Shown here: in pieces, positions 61,925 to 64,000 of the stretch
Numbering within the stretch: the stretch's first letter is position 1
Layout: each line of letters begins with the position of its first letter
NCBI GenBank assembly: GCA_009914755.4
Contig: CP068257.2
Location: 16,192,001 to 16,256,000 of the forward strand
Direction of reading: 5' to 3'
Origin: the human T2T-CHM13v2.0 reference genome, Homo sapiens
DNA: 64,000 nucleotides
Made by a program: the position numbers and the translations under genes
The notes under the pieces: generated by a model
What the model saw: only the letters and a program-made list of their open reading frames with translations
Databases searched by the model: none
What the model was told of the DNA's origin: nothing

Positions 61925-64000
61925 AATTTTTCCATAAGTTATTGGGATGCAGGTGGTGTTTGGTTATATGAGTAAGTTCTTTAGTGAGATTTTGATGCAC
62001 CCATTACCTGAGTAGTATACACTGCACCCAATTCATGGTCTTTTATCCCTCATCCCCTTCCCACTCTTTCCCCCTGAGTCCCCAAAGTCCATCGTGTCAT
62101 TCTTATGCCTTTGGATCGTCAAAACTTAGCTCCCACATATCAGTGAGAACATACAATGTTTGGTTTTCCATTCCCGAGTTACTTCACTTAGAATAATAGT
62201 ACTCGATCTCATCCAGGTCTCTGCAAATGCCATTAATTCATTCCTTTTTATGGCTGAGTAGTATTCCACTGTATAAATATACCAAAGTTTCTTTATCCGC
62301 TCGTTGATTGATAGGCATTTGGGTTGGTTCCATGATTTTGCAGTTGCAAATTGTGCTGCTATAAATATGCATGTGGAAGTATCTTTTTTGTATAATGACT
62401 TATTTTCCTCAGGGTAGATATCCAGTAGTACGATTGCTGGATCAAATGGTAGTTCTACTTTTAGTTCTTTAAGGAATCTCCACACTATTTTCCATAGTGG
62501 CTGTGGTATACTTTACATTCCCACTTGCAGTGTAGAAGTTCCCTGTTCACCACATCCATGCCAACATCTACTGTTTTTGTTTTTGTTTTTTTTAATGGCC
62601 ATTCTTGCTGGAGTAAGGTGGTATCCCATTGTGGTTTTGATTTGCGTTTCTCTGATCATTAGTGATATTGAGCATTTTTTCATATATTTGTTGGCCATTC
62701 GTATATCTTCTTCTTTTTTTTTTTTGAGACAGAGTCTTGCTCTGTCGCCCAGGCTGGAGTGCAGTGGCGCAATCTCGGCTCACTGTAAGCAACACCTGCC
62801 GGGTTCACACCATTCTCCTGTCTCAGCCTCCTGAGTACCTGGGACTACAGGCGCCCGCCACCACGCCCGGCTAAGGTTTTGTATTTTTAGTAGAGATGGG
62901 GTTTTACTGTGTTAGCCAGGATGGGCTCGATCTCCTGACCTCATGATCTGCCTGCCTCAGTCTCTCAAAGTGCTAGGATTACAGGCATGAGCCACCACGC
63001 CCAGCCTGTATATCTTCTTTTGAGAATTGTCTATTCATGTCCTTAGCCCACTTTTTGATGGGACTGTTTGTTTTTTTCTTACTGATTTGTTTGAGTTTGT
63101 TGTAGATTCTGCGTATTAGTCCTTTGTCAGATGTATAGATTGTGAAGATCTTCTCCCACTCTGTGGGTTGTCTGTGTACTCTGTTGACTGTTCCTTTTGC
63201 TGTGCAAAAGCTCTTTAGTTTAATTAAGTTCCAACTATTTATCTTTGTTTTTATTGCATTTACTTTTGGGTTCTTGGTCATGAAATCCTTGCCTAAGCCA
63301 ATGTCTAGAAGGGTTTTCCAATGTTATCTTGTAGAATTTTTACCATTTCATGTTTTAGATTTAAGTCCTTAATCCATCTTGAGTTGAGGATCCAGTTTCA
63401 TTCTCCTACACATGGCTAGCCAATTATTCCAGCACCATTTGTTGAAAAGGGTGTCCTTTCCCCACTTTATGTTTTTGTTTGCTTTGTGGAAGGTCAGTTG
63501 GCTGTGTTTGAGTTTATTTCTGGGTTCTCTATTCTGTTCCATTGGTCTATGTGCCTATTTTTATACCAGTACTATGCTGTTTCGGTGACTATGGGCTTGT
63601 AGTATAGTTTGAAATCAGGTAGTGTGATGCCTCCAGATTTGTTCTTTTTGCCTAGTGTTGCTTTGGCTATGAGGGCCTTTTTTGGTTCCATATGAATTTT
63701 AGAATTGTTTTTTTCTAATTCTGTGAAGAATGATGGTGGTATTTTGATGAGGATTGTGTTGAATTTGTAAACTGCTTCTGGCAGTATGGTCATTTTCACA
63801 ATATTGATTCTATCCATCTATGAGCATGGGATATATTTCCATTTGTTTGCATTGTCTATGATTTCTTTCAGCAGTGTTTTGAATTTTTCCTTGTAGAGGT
63901 CTTTCACCTCATTGGTTAGGTAGATTCCCAAGTATTTTTTTTTTTTCAGCTATTGTAAAAGGGGTTGAATTCTTCATTTGATTCTCCACTTGGTTTGTGT
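61925..64000 (-). mobile_element. Primate L1 (L1P-type), 3' UTR and ORF2 in reverse orientation, continuing beyond the window end, with a nested Alu
   Basis: 'ttattgggatgcaggtggtgtttggttatatgagtaagttctttagtgagattttgatgcacccattacctgagtagtatacactgcacccaattcatggtcttttatccctcatcccc...ctcccacatatcagtgagaacatacaatgtttggttttccattcccgagttacttcacttagaataatagtactcgatctcatccaggtctctgcaaatgccattaattcattcctttttatggctgagtagtattccactg...' matches the reverse complement of L1. Minus-strand ORFs give ORF2p peptides: 'KRNELMAFAETWMRSSTIILSEVTREWKTKHCMFSLICGS', '[68 protein letters not shown]' and '[68 protein letters not shown]'. Confidence 0.92.
62714..63006 (-). mobile_element. Alu SINE nested within the minus-strand L1
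   Basis: Poly-T followed by 'gagacagagtcttgctctgtcgcccaggctggagtgcagtggcgcaatctcggctcactgtaagc...gcatgagccaccacgcccagcc'. A 13-bp TSD '(c/t)gtatatcttctt' sits at 62700-62712 and 63007-63019. Confidence 0.95.

Overview
This window is primate (almost certainly human) nuclear DNA, not prokaryotic. It contains about 20 Alu SINEs, most with poly-A tails and 10-17 bp target-site duplications, plus several 5'-truncated L1 LINE fragments, MaLR/ERV LTR elements, a MADE1 MITE and microsatellites. I found no operon-like gene arrays, no CRISPR, no rRNA or tRNA, and no convincing cellular protein-coding exon. Every six-frame ORF with recognisable similarity comes from a transposable element (L1 ORF2, ERV integrase/RT, a gag-like ORF, Alu antisense frames), so the region reads as intronic or intergenic. 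The more interesting structures are (i) a full-length MaLR (MLT1/MST-type) element on the minus strand at 36845-43141 that carries a nested class-I ERV pol fragment, an Alu and a ~145-bp AT-rich palindrome; (ii) a degenerate ~6.1-kb ERV provirus at 2348-8473 with unequal LTRs, an integrase remnant and a tRNA-Ser-like PBS; (iii) an L1 with the head-to-head geometry of twin priming at 9800-11290; (iv) a composite L1 insertion with the architecture of a 3' transduction at 26261-26733; and (v) a MADE1 element at 59097-59175. All family names are from memory of consensus sequences, not database searches. Coordinates are approximate to within a few bp.
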